Shown in pieces: positions 18,708 through 28,900 of a stretch of DNA of 64,000 bases; the stretch's first letter is position 1, and each line of letters starts with the position of its first letter. The stretch comes from Candidatus Moraniibacteriota bacterium (GTDB lineage: Bacteria; Patescibacteriota; Minisyncoccia; Moranbacterales; UBA9337). The stretch is from assembly GCA_028695135.1 (NCBI GenBank), contig JAQVJM010000001.1, positions 13,718 through 77,717 of the forward strand, given 5' to 3'. The notes below the pieces were generated by a model. It had not been told where the DNA came from and did no database searches. It saw only the letters and a program-made list of their open reading frames with translations. The position numbers were made by a program, and so were the translations under genes.

Positions 18708-19193
18708 ATGGAAGAAGAAAAGATAAAGCCTACGAAAAAAGGAGGAAAAAATATGACTATCATATCCGTAGCTATTGTTGCAATTTTAGCAGTAATATTT
18801 TTCCTGATTAAAAGCGCTAAAGATGAATTCGATTCCATCGATATGGATATGACGAGCGATAACCTCGTCGAGAATGTCGAAAGTCTCGGCCAAGATGAGA
18901 AAGATGCGGAGGAAAACATTGAAGAGTTCGATATTTCCGCCAAGCCTTTTGAATTTTCCATCAAGGAGATCCGAGTCAAAAAGGGTGATAAGGTAAGAAT
19001 AAATCTTTCCATAGAATCCGGAATCCATGATTGGGTAATCGATGATTTTTCTTCCGCCACGAGCCAGCTTTCGGCAGGGCAGTCCGGCTTTGTCGAATTT
19101 ATTGCTGACAAAACAGGCGTTTTCGAGTATTATTGCAGTGTGGGAAACCACCGGCAATTGGGCATGGTTGGAAAATTAATCGTGGAAGAATAA
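18708..19193 (+). CDS. membrane-anchored cupredoxin-domain protein
   Basis: TM helix; HDW and YYCSVGNHRQLGM type-1 copper ligands. Confidence 0.88.
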   Translation: MEEEKIKPTKKGGKNMTIISVAIVAILAVIFFLIKSAKDEFDSIDMDMTSDNLVENVESLGQDEKDAEENIEEFDISAKPFEFSIKEIRVKKGDKVRINLSIESGIHDWVIDDFSSATSQLSAGQSGFVEFIADKTGVFEYYCSVGNHRQLGMVGKLIVEE

Positions 19194-19197
19194 AAAT

Positions 19198-19416
19198 ATG
19201 CTGGCAAAAATCGCCTACTTCTTAATATTAGGAAAGCCCTTGGTATTTTATTTGGGGATTTTTACGCTTGCTTCGCTTCTATCGACTGCTGCAATAGGTT
19301 TTTTGAATATGAAAGGAATCCACAAAATACCTCTGAAATGGCACTTCAGGATGGCCGGAATAACTGTCGCGTCAGCGCTTCTCCACGGAGTCCTGGCAAT
19401 TTCGGCTTATTTCTAA
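19198..19416 (+). CDS. small two-TM membrane protein
   Basis: 72 aa, hydrophobic, WHF...LHG histidines; 4 nt after the cupredoxin gene. Confidence 0.7.
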   Translation: MLAKIAYFLILGKPLVFYLGIFTLASLLSTAAIGFLNMKGIHKIPLKWHFRMAGITVASALLHGVLAISAYF

Positions 19417-19439
19417 TTAATTATTACGAAATTTTTTGC

Positions 19440-20489
19440 ATGAAAAATTTTTATATAATGATTGGCGCAATCATTATTTTTCTTCCGGTAATATATTTTT
19501 TGGCATCCTCCAAAAAGTTACATTTTGAAAGAGAAATAGTTTCCGAGTTTCAGGTAGACGAGGGAACCGTTGACGAAAAACAGGATAAAAAAGATTCAAT
19601 AAAAAACGAAAACCATCCCAATTCTATTTTGAGCCTCATTAACAAAAATTTCGAAGGAAGCGATTTCAAAGCGGGAAATGTTCTTGTAAGCGGAAACCTT
19701 TACACGAGGTATTTCATATCTTACAAAAGCGACGGACTTTCCATCTCGGGAATAATGAGCGTGCCGGAAGGGGAAGGTCCTTTTCCGGTTTTAATTCTCA
19801 ATCACGGATATATCGCTCCGGAAATCTATACCAATGGTCGGGGATTGAGAAGGGAGCAGGATTATTTTGCCAAGAACGGATATGCGGTAATCCATCCGGA
19901 TTATCGGGGCTATGCCCTGTCCGATCCCGATCCGGAAACGGGAGATGAGCAAGGGCTGGCTTATTCGGGCTATGTCAGCGATGCCGTCAATCTTGTATTG
20001 GCGCTTCAAGAATCCGGCTTGGATCATCTGAATCTGGGAAAAATCGGAATGCTGGGTCACTCGATGGGCGGAGGAGTGACGATGAACGCCTTGATTTCCC
20101 GGCCGGATCTGTTCGATGCGGCGGTTCTTTTGGCTCCGGTGAGCTCGGACTACCAGAAAAATTTTTTGCGCTGGAGAAAAGATAGTTTGGATGATGAGGA
20201 ATTGGAGATTCTTGAAAGAGAGATAGGCGATACGGATGACGAGAATAATTTCTCTGCTTTTTCTTCGGCGTTTTATTTTGACAGGATAAACGCTCCTATT
20301 ATGATCCATCAGGGAACAGCAGACAAAGATGTTCCCGTTGAGTGGTCGAGAGAGACGCGGGATAGGTTGGAAGAATCCGGCAAGGAGGTTATCTATTTCG
20401 AGTATCCCGGTGAGCCCCATGAATTCGCTTCCGCCTGGCCGACAGTTATGGAAAGAACTTTGTATTTTTTTGATAAAAACTTGAAATAA
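19440..20489 (+). CDS. secreted alpha/beta hydrolase (S9 peptidase-like)
   Basis: NHGY, GHSMGG nucleophile elbow, DKDV and PHEF triad residues; start ATG 19440. Confidence 0.9.
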   Translation: MKNFYIMIGAIIIFLPVIYFLASSKKLHFEREIVSEFQVDEGTVDEKQDKKDSIKNENHPNSILSLINKNFEGSDFKAGNVLVSGNLYTRYFISYKSDGLSISGIMSVPEGEGPFPVLILNHGYIAPEIYTNGRGLRREQDYFAKNGYAVIHPDYRGYALSDPDPETGDEQGLAYSGYVSDAVNLVLALQESGLDHLNLGKIGMLGHSMGGGVTMNALISRPDLFDAAVLLAPVSSDYQKNFLRWRKDSLDDEELEILEREIGDTDDENNFSAFSSAFYFDRINAPIMIHQGTADKDVPVEWSRETRDRLEESGKEVIYFEYPGEPHEFASAWPTVMERTLYFFDKNLK

Positions 20490-20506
20490 CAATTAAAACT
20501 AAAAAT

Positions 20507-20971
20507 ATGAAAATAATCGCGTTGATATTTTCTGTGGCAATCGCCCAGCTGGCCGGAATTATCGGATCTTTTTTCACTTCTTCGAGCGTCAGGACATGGT
20601 ACGTCGATATCATCAAGCCGCAGTGGAATCCGCCCGCCTGGTTATTCGGACCGGTTTGGATAACCCTTTATACCCTGATGGGCGTTGCGGCTTATCTGAT
20701 CTGGCAACAAAAAGATCAGCCCGGCGCAAAAATTGCCTTAGTTGTATACGGAATTCATCTGGCTCTTAATGCTCTGTGGTCGATTATTTTTTTCGGACTT
20801 AAAAATCCCGGATTGGCTTTCGGAGAAATAATTATCCTACTAGCCTCGATATTGGTCGTGGCCTTTCTTTTTTGGAGGATAAATCCTTATGCCGGCATGC
20901 TTTTTATCCCTTATGTTCTTTGGGTATCGTTCGCTTCATTTCTTAACTACAATATCTGGAAACTGAATTGA
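20507..20971 (+). CDS. tspO: TspO/MBR family tryptophan-rich sensory protein
   Basis: WY..I.KP.WNPPAWLFGPVWITLY, LNALWSIIFFG, PYVLWVSFA. Confidence 0.95.
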   Translation: MKIIALIFSVAIAQLAGIIGSFFTSSSVRTWYVDIIKPQWNPPAWLFGPVWITLYTLMGVAAYLIWQQKDQPGAKIALVVYGIHLALNALWSIIFFGLKNPGLAFGEIIILLASILVVAFLFWRINPYAGMLFIPYVLWVSFASFLNYNIWKLN

Positions 20972-20972
20972 T

Positions 20973-21308
20973 ATGAGGATCTGGGATATTCCTGTCAAAC
21001 ATTTATGCAGAAAACACCTGCTCGGTGAGCACCGGGAGCTTCATGGACTTTGGAATATTCTTACTAAGCACAAAGGCAAGGGAGGTTATTCAAGGCATCC
21101 TGAAACAAAAAGATGGGTCGGGAAACTCAAGGCTCTTTATTCGAGGCACGAAAATCTTGCGCGCGAGATGGAAAAAAGGGGATACCGTCATATTTCTCTT
21201 CTAGATGAAAGATTGGCGGGAGGAAAGGAAAAACAAGATGTTTTCATAAATACTGTTTCCGAGCAGAAAGAGATTCTTAGGAGAAAGAATTGCGGATGTT
21301 TCTCTTAA
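20973..21308 (+). CDS. pyrimidine-dimer DNA glycosylase / T4 endonuclease V family protein
   Basis: MRIW...LCRKHLLGEHRELH, HPETKRW, RHE.L..EM..RGYRH pattern. Confidence 0.82.
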   Translation: MRIWDIPVKHLCRKHLLGEHRELHGLWNILTKHKGKGGYSRHPETKRWVGKLKALYSRHENLAREMEKRGYRHISLLDERLAGGKEKQDVFINTVSEQKEILRRKNCGCFS

Positions 21309-21362
21309 AAATTTTGACTTTCCAAAAAACGTTTTTTCGATTTTTTCATATCAGAATTTTGA

Positions 21363-21385
21363 AAATCGCGCAAAAAGCGCGATTT
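21363..21385. terminator. probable intrinsic terminator
   Basis: AAATCGCGC-AAAAA-GCGCGATTT. Confidence 0.5.
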
Positions 21386-21467
21386 GATATTTATTTGAAA
21401 AAATGCGATAATGAAATTTAGCGGTAATCAGGAGCGTATCAATAATTAGGAGCGATTGCCAAAGTTT

Positions 21468-22742
21468 ATGTATAAAGTGCCTTTAGATAAATATACCAAA
21501 CAAAATATAATAAATCCCGAGAAAAGCAGAAAAAAGTTCTGGATAGCAGCGGGAGCTGTTTTTATTTTTTTTGCCTGCTTTGCTCTGATCCGTGCTTTTC
21601 CGAGATCGGAAGGGATCACGACGGAGCAGGAAAGTGAAATTCTATCTGAGGAAGCAATCTTAGAAGAGAAAAAAGAAATTTTGGTCAATTACGAAGTTTC
21701 TGAGGGGGACATTCCAGCGGAAATTTTTAGCAAATACGGAAAGTTCGACGCTAATGACACGGAAGCTCTTTTATATGCTTCAAGCGATGTTTATGATTTT
21801 TCCAGCCTAAAGATAGGAAGGCCTCTGCGATTCTATTTTAACGGAGAAGAAAAAGCCATGCGGATGGAATACGATCGGGATACAGAAAGAGTGGTGATTG
21901 TCGAAAGAGTCGGGCAAGAATTCAGCGTGCGTGAAGAAGAGATAAAATACGATGTGAGCGAAGAGACGGTTCGAGGAAAAATAGAAAACTTTTTTTATGC
22001 CGATGCGCTTGATTTGGGAGTTTCCGAAGCGACGGTTCTGGAGATGGGAGACATTTTTTCTTTCAGTGTCGACTTTACGACCGAGATAAAGCAAGGCGAT
22101 GAATTTATAATCATTTATGAAAAAAGATTTCGCGATGGCCAAAAAGGTCCGGATGGAAATATTTTAGCTGCTAAATTTATAAATGAAGGGACGGCTTATT
22201 ATGCTTATCACTTTGATAACGACGGAAATGGAGGATATTATGATGAGGAGGGGCGGGTCTTGGAAAGGCAATTCCTAAAGGCACCCCTCAGTTATCGTCG
22301 GATCACATCCGGATTTACCGGCGCGCGTCTTCACCCGATAACCCGCACGGTGAGCGCCCATTACCAGATCGATTACGCGGCGCCCGTCGGCACGCCAGTA
22401 GTTTCTACGGCCAGAGGCACCATTATGAGCGCCGGATGGGAAGGAGGATGGGGTAATATGGTAAGGATCCGCCATGATAACGGATATACGACCCATTATG
22501 GCCATTTGAGCGCCTTTGCCAAAGGCATCGCCGGAGGAACAAAAGTCAGCCAGGGGGAAGTTGTCGGATATGTGGGATCTACCGGTTGGTCCACGGGACC
22601 GCATCTTGATTACGGGATGAAGCTTAATGGTGTTCCTGTAAATCCTCTCAAGTTAGATCTTCCCAAGGGAGAGCCTCTCGGAGAAGAAAAAATGAGGGAA
22701 TTTGAAAAAATTAAGAAAAAGTATGAGAGAGATATAAATTGA
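21468..22742 (+). CDS. M23 family peptidoglycan DD-endopeptidase
   Basis: HYQID (HxxxD), YGHL, GWSTGPHLD motifs; N-terminal TM; start uncertain (TTG 21456 or ATG 21468). Confidence 0.93.
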   Translation: MYKVPLDKYTKQNIINPEKSRKKFWIAAGAVFIFFACFALIRAFPRSEGITTEQESEILSEEAILEEKKEILVNYEVSEGDIPAEIFSKYGKFDANDTEALLYASSDVYDFSSLKIGRPLRFYFNGEEKAMRMEYDRDTERVVIVERVGQEFSVREEEIKYDVSEETVRGKIENFFYADALDLGVSEATVLEMGDIFSFSVDFTTEIKQGDEFIIIYEKRFRDGQKGPDGNILAAKFINEGTAYYAYHFDNDGNGGYYDEEGRVLERQFLKAPLSYRRITSGFTGARLHPITRTVSAHYQIDYAAPVGTPVVSTARGTIMSAGWEGGWGNMVRIRHDNGYTTHYGHLSAFAKGIAGGTKVSQGEVVGYVGSTGWSTGPHLDYGMKLNGVPVNPLKLDLPKGEPLGEEKMREFEKIKKKYERDIN

Positions 22743-22849
22743 TTTTTACGGAGCAATTTTTAGCTTGAAAATTATTTTTTCTATTGCAATAAAAAACTCA
22801 AGATTGTATACTTCTAGTAGCCGAAGTTAAAAATTAATTTTTTAAAAAT

Positions 22850-23164
22850 ATGGAGACGGAAATCAAAGAAGAACAAAATAAAGAAGAAAGCTCCTCGAGC
22901 CATTGGAAAAATTTCGCCCAGTTATTTCTTACAAATTTGGCTTCCCGGATAAGCGGAAGCATTTCCGATAAGATAAGCGAGTGGGTGGACAAAATAAAAA
23001 AGAGGGCGATTTCTATGTTTTTGATGGCGGTCGGGACGATATTTTTTTTGGTCGGAGCGGCGATTTATACGAATACCATTATTGATAATTCTTCCCAGTG
23101 GGCCGGATATGCCATAGTAGGAGGCGCGGTTCTTATTATCGGCTATTTGTTAAGCCGGGATTAA
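22850..23164 (+). CDS. small two-TM protein (YqjE/holin-like)
   Basis: Two C-terminal TM helices; lies next to a DUF883-like gene. Confidence 0.6.
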   Translation: METEIKEEQNKEESSSSHWKNFAQLFLTNLASRISGSISDKISEWVDKIKKRAISMFLMAVGTIFFLVGAAIYTNTIIDNSSQWAGYAIVGGAVLIIGYLLSRD

Positions 23165-23189
23165 CGCTAATAAATTTAATTATAAATAA

Positions 23190-23444
23190 ATGGATACTAA
23201 AAAAGCAAAAAAGGCCATATCGCAGAACATAAAGAAAGCGCAGAAGAAAGGCGCAGAGCTTGAAGGGGCTGCGATGAAAGAATTTAAAAAAGTCCAAAAG
23301 GAAATGGAAAAAACCACGAAAAAAGTGGGAGACTACATGAAAAAAAATCCTGAGAAAGCCGCTCTTATATCTGCCGGAATAGGAGCCGCTCTAGGAGCTG
23401 CCGCCGCTTTCCTTATTTCTTCGAAGAAAAAAAATAAGAAATAA
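23190..23444 (+). CDS. DUF883/ElaB-YqjD-like tail-anchored protein
   Basis: Coiled N-terminus, YMKKNPEKAALISAGIGAALG TM, basic tail. Confidence 0.75.
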   Translation: MDTKKAKKAISQNIKKAQKKGAELEGAAMKEFKKVQKEMEKTTKKVGDYMKKNPEKAALISAGIGAALGAAAAFLISSKKKNKK

Positions 23445-23464
23445 AACCTGAATGCGATATGAAG

Positions 23465-23493
23465 AAGTTTCGAGAAATCGAAACTTTTTTATT
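23465..23493 (+). terminator. intrinsic terminator
   Basis: AAGTTTCGA-GAAA-TCGAAACTT followed by a T tract. Confidence 0.75.
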
Positions 23494-23583
23494 TGAGAGA
23501 GTCGCATCTGATTTTTTAGGAAAATTAAATTTTTTCCCATTGTATGCTAAGATTGATATGTAATTTTATGAATTTTTTTAAGT

Positions 23584-24186
23584 ATGGAATTTACAAGGCA
23601 TGAAAAGATGATAGTCGGAGTTAATCTGCTGATTGTTTTATTTTTTTCAACATTCTTTTTGCTTGATAAGAATTATGAATTTATAATATATATTTTCGTA
23701 CTTTTGGCGCTGATGACCTTGATAATAATTTCTCATAAAAAATTCCGATATTCAGCGGCAGTTTTATGGGCACTGACTGTTTGGTCGTTTCTCCATCTTG
23801 TCGGTGGAGGTCTGACTTATGTCGAGGGAGAAGTTTTTTATAAATTGATCATAGTTCCAATTATAGGAGAGCCATACAATATCTTAAAATACGATCAAGT
23901 CCTACACTTTTACGGATTTTGGGCAGCTACATTGGTGGTTTATTATGTTTTAAAGCCTTCTTTAAGAGATAATTTGGAAGGCAAAAGCGCCATACTTTTC
24001 ATAGTTGCCATGGCCAGTCTGGGGCTGGGAGGCTTGAATGAGATAGTTGAATTTGCGGCTACAGTGAGCGTTCCCGATACCAATGTCGGAGGTTACGAGA
24101 ACACGGCTATCGATTTGGTGGCTGATTTTCTCGGAGCATTGGGCGCTGTAATCTATATCGGATGTTTCAAATTAAAAAGGTCTTAA
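23584..24186 (+). CDS. DUF2238-like integral membrane protein
   Basis: Multi-TM; LHLVGG, YDQVLHF, LNEIVEF, NTAIDL motifs. Confidence 0.75.
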   Translation: MEFTRHEKMIVGVNLLIVLFFSTFFLLDKNYEFIIYIFVLLALMTLIIISHKKFRYSAAVLWALTVWSFLHLVGGGLTYVEGEVFYKLIIVPIIGEPYNILKYDQVLHFYGFWAATLVVYYVLKPSLRDNLEGKSAILFIVAMASLGLGGLNEIVEFAATVSVPDTNVGGYENTAIDLVADFLGALGAVIYIGCFKLKRS

Positions 24187-24233
24187 TTTTTGCCTTTTGA
24201 ATTAAATTGTAGTTCCCAAGAAATCAATAAAAA

Positions 24234-25778
24234 ATGGAAAATAAAATTTGTCTCATAACTTATCCCGACAGTCTGGGAAAAAATTTAAAAGAACTGGACA
24301 CGATATTGGAAAAATATTTTAAAGGCGCATTCGGAGGAATTCATATATTACCCTTTTATCCCTCATCAAGTGATCGCGGTTTTTCTCCGCTCACTCACTT
24401 GAAAGTGGATGAGTCTTTCGGCAGTTGGGAGGATATAAAAAGTATATCCGGAAGATACTTCTTGATTGTCGATATCATGGTAAATCACATATCGGTCGAA
24501 TCCGATATCTTTCGGGACTATATCCTGAGGGGAGAAGATTCCAAGTATAGCGATTTTTTCATAACGAATGATAAGTTTTCTAGAAGGATTATTCCGCGCC
24601 GCAAATCCACTCCTGTCATTCTGGGTCTATTGGAAAAGACTGCCAACAAAATCAGGGATCTTGATGCGTTTTTCCATTGTTCGGGGGTCAATAGATTTTC
24701 TCTGAAAAAAATATATCGCCCTAGGACAGAGAATCCGTTGGTTCCTTTTAAAATTAATAATGGAAGAGTCGAGCACCTTTGGTGCACTTTTTCGAGAGAT
24801 CAGGTCGATTTGGACATATATAATGAGGAAGTGATGGATCTTTTGAAAAAGTACGTGAAAAAACTGGCGGAAAACGGCGTGAATATGGTAAGGCTGGACG
24901 CAGTCGGATATTTGGTAAAAAAAAGAGATACTAACAGCTTTATGCTTCCGGAAGTTTATGATTTTATAAATCGGATAGGGAAAACAATTCACGAGGAAGG
25001 GATGCTGGTCTTGCCGGAAGTCCACCATCATTATTTCTATCAGATAAAGCTTCATAATACGAAAGAGGTCGATTATATCTATGATTTTCAGATGCCTATG
25101 CTCATGCTTAATGCGATTTATGAAAAAAATTTTTCAGGTATAAAAAAATGGCTGAAGATCAGGCCGGAAAAGGCCATCAGTATACTGGACAGCCATGACG
25201 GAATTCCGGTTGTTGACGTCGAGGATTTATTGGATGAAAAAGATATTTCCAAAACAGTTGAAAAGGTAATTCTTAACGGAGGAAATGAAGCCAGAAGAGC
25301 TTCCGGGGAGAATGGAGCTATAAATGCGGATATTTATCAGATAAATTGCACCTATTATTCGGCGCTGGGCGAAGACGACGACGCCTATATTATTGCCAGA
25401 GCCGTCCAGTTTTTCGTTCCGGGAATCCCTCAGGTTTATTATGTCGGGCTTTTGGCCGGAAAAAATGATGTCGAAAAGCTGAGAGAGACAAACGTCGGCA
25501 GGGATATAAACCGGCATGACTATTCGGAAGAAGAGATAAAAAAAGAGATGAAAAGAGGCGTCGTCAAAAGGCTTATGAAACTCATGGAATTCAGGAACAA
25601 TTATCCAGTTTTTGACGGAAAATTTTCCTTGGGGAACTCTTATGATAACAACGAGCTCGTCTTGAGATGGCGCAGAGGAAGGCTTTTTTTGGAAGTAGAG
25701 ATAAGCTTAAAAAGCAACAAGGTTCACGCGATTTATTTTGATGAAAAAAACGAAAAAGAGATGAGGAAAAAATTCTGA
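24234..25778 (+). CDS. gtfA: sucrose phosphorylase (GH13 subfamily 18)
   Basis: LITYPDSLG, HILPFYP, DRGFSP, RLDAVGY (nucleophile), LPEVH (acid/base), SHDGI, DIYQINCTYYSAL, PGIPQVYYVGLLAG. Confidence 0.9.
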   Translation: MENKICLITYPDSLGKNLKELDTILEKYFKGAFGGIHILPFYPSSSDRGFSPLTHLKVDESFGSWEDIKSISGRYFLIVDIMVNHISVESDIFRDYILRGEDSKYSDFFITNDKFSRRIIPRRKSTPVILGLLEKTANKIRDLDAFFHCSGVNRFSLKKIYRPRTENPLVPFKINNGRVEHLWCTFSRDQVDLDIYNEEVMDLLKKYVKKLAENGVNMVRLDAVGYLVKKRDTNSFMLPEVYDFINRIGKTIHEEGMLVLPEVHHHYFYQIKLHNTKEVDYIYDFQMPMLMLNAIYEKNFSGIKKWLKIRPEKAISILDSHDGIPVVDVEDLLDEKDISKTVEKVILNGGNEARRASGENGAINADIYQINCTYYSALGEDDDAYIIARAVQFFVPGIPQVYYVGLLAGKNDVEKLRETNVGRDINRHDYSEEEIKKEMKRGVVKRLMKLMEFRNNYPVFDGKFSLGNSYDNNELVLRWRRGRLFLEVEISLKSNKVHAIYFDEKNEKEMRKKF

Positions 25779-25913
25779 TTTTGCTTTATTTTTTTTTTAT
25801 GTTATCATACTTTATATAGTCTGATTTCTTCAATAGACAAAATAGAAATAAAAATTTATCAAAAGCTGTATTTTGCCGGCGGAATAAGCAGGATTAATAT
25901 TTTTTAGTTTGAA

Positions 25914-28900
25914 ATGAGGATTAACATAAAAATAAAATTATTATTAATAAGCTTTTTTTTCATTGCTTCAGGCGATGTTAAGGCTGATTTTTTCGATCCT
26001 TCTACGATCTATTCTCTTCCGCCTGCCTGGGGGACGGGAAGCCTGTTCACTATCGATCAGGACACTTGGACGGAAACCGATGAGGTGCCGATATATTTCG
26101 CAGATGATCCGGCCGAAGGAGTGACTGGAGGACTCGGCTTAGCTGTTAATCCTTTGACCGGAGAATATTATGCCATCATAAAATCGGCGGATGATTTGCA
26201 AGAAGATCCTGGATATTTAGTAATTCTTGATCCGACTACAGGGGAAGCACAAAGAATAGGGCAATTTTCTACAAGAATAAACAGTTTGGCTTTTGACTCG
26301 AGGGGAAACCTCTACGGAACAGCCGGATTGGGAGATGTGGCGACGGAAGGCCTTTTTTCCATAGATATTTCCGATGCTTCTATTACCAAGATAATGTCTT
26401 TGAGTGAAAGCGATTCAGGAAGAGCTTTGGCATATAACAAGGACGACGGGTATCTGTATTATGCATATGGCGTAGATATCCCCGACTCATGGTATGACAA
26501 GTTCATCGACAAGATAGACATTTCTGATCCGGATAATCCGGCCCTAATGAGTACCTTGGAAGCAGAGCCGAATGTTAATGAACGTCCGATTTCAGCGATG
26601 GTTTACATCGGTGGCGGAGAATTTTTGGCAGGAGATACTTGGTGCTATTTGTATAAGATAGATGTTGCTACAGGTGCTCTCACATACTTGAATGAGACCG
26701 ATGAATGTTCAAAAGGCCTTGCCGTACCTTGGGAAGTGGCATTGAGCGTTTCAAGCCTGAGTCCCGCCGATAACGCGGAAAATGTTTCAACTGGCTCAGA
26801 TTTGGAAATCGTTTTTGGCGATAACGCTTATCAAGGAACAGGCAATATAGTCGTGAAGAAGAGGGGTGATGATTCCGTCGTAGAGACGATAGATGTCTCA
26901 TCGTCCGATGTCACGGGCTGGGGAAGCGCAACTTTGTCGATTGATTTGCAGGACAATCTTCCTGCCAGCACCCACCTTTATGTGAATATCGATTCGGGAG
27001 CGATAAAGAATGCGGATGACGATGATTTTTCGGGAATATCGGACACGACAACTTGGAATTTCACTACCGATAATATAATTATTGAGACAGTTCCTGACGG
27101 AGAATGCTATGAGGTCGGGTCGGCCGAAGCTAGCCAGCCGGCTGACACCGTTCTAGAATATTCAAATGATGATCAGTCGTCCTGGACATATGCTCCGGTA
27201 GATCAAGGAGATGGAGGAGATTGCAATGTGACGGATATCCGTCTCACGTTGGACAGCCAATCTGACTCCGTGGGGGAAGATCTGGAGGCTGAATTTGTGG
27301 GAACTGTCTCGGACACAGAAGTTATCAGCAGTGGTGATGGCGGTGTAGATCTTTTGGAAAATAATCATGGAGCTTATGCTATCGTTACTGAGGAATCTTG
27401 GACTTATAATGTCGGCTATGACATTGAGATCGGAAGCACGGGAGATATTTATACAACTGGAGATTTTGAGGGCGTTACAGATTTTGATCCGACAGATGGT
27501 GAAGATATCCGCACGCCTTATTCAGGTACAGACGTATTTATCACAAAATTCAACGCGGATGGGACTTATGGGTGGACAAGAAACTTCCCGGGGGCTACAG
27601 GAGATCTAAAGCATGGCATGGCACTGGATAGTTCCGATAATGTTTATGTCGGAGGAGGATTTCAAGGAACGGTTGATTTTGACGATGCTGGAGGAACAGA
27701 TGAACACATTTCAGTCGGCTCTAGCGATACTTTTCTTACGAAATATAATTCGGACGGTTCATACGGCTGGACGATCACTTTTGGCGCAACTCAAATAGGA
27801 GGTGTTGCTGTGGATGATTCAGATAATATCTATATCACAGGGGAGTTCAGCCTGACTGCGAATTTTGACGGTACCGGTACTGGTCCGGATGAGCATACCT
27901 CTGTCGGAGACGAAGATATATTCATAACAAAATATAACTCGGACGGTTCATACGGCTGGACAAGAACTTTCGGCGGAACAAACGATGATAGAGGTTATGG
28001 AATTTCCATAGATAGTTCAGGAAGCGTTTTTGCAACCGGTTTTTTTCTGAACACGGTAGATTTTGATGGCACTGACGGAGTGGACAACCACACTTCTTCT
28101 GGCAGTCTTGATACTTTCATAACTAAATATAATCCTGATGGATCATACGTCTGGACCAGAACATTCGGTCCGGATATCGGTTATCAGATCGCTAATGACA
28201 GTTACGGAAATATTTTTGTAGTCGGAAGTTTTTTCGGTTCCCCGGATTTTGATGCCTCCGAACTGACGGAAGATATTCACACATCTGAGGGTTATGAGAA
28301 CGGCTTTATCACTAAATATAACAATGACGGATCATACGGCTGGACGAGGACATTTGGTGAATATGATGAAGATTTTGGATACGGAGTCGCAACGGATGAT
28401 TCCGGCAATGTCTTCATAACAGGAAGCTTTTTTGATACGGTCAATTTTGACGATACCGGCGGAACAGATGAGCATACCTCTGCCGATGATAGTGATATAT
28501 TCATCACCAAATATGATGCTGATGGATCATACGGTTGGACGAGGACTTTCAGCGGTGCGACAGGATATGACGAAGGCTATGACATCGCTACGGATGGTGA
28601 TAATGTTTTTGCAACCGGATATTTCTTAGGCGCGGTCGACTTTGATGATACGGGCGGAGAGGATATCGTTACAACTCCTTCAAATACTATAACCGGCGGT
28701 TTTATAGTCAAATATGCTAATGATGGATCATATGGAACGATATACTCAAAATATTCATTAAGCGGGACTTATGAAACTTCGATAGCCCCCTCATCTTTAT
28801 TGGCCTGGGATAGTTTGGAAATATCCCAAACGACTCCGGCCGGCACGGAAATCGAATATACAATCCTTGACAACACATGCAATAGCATATTGGTCGGACC

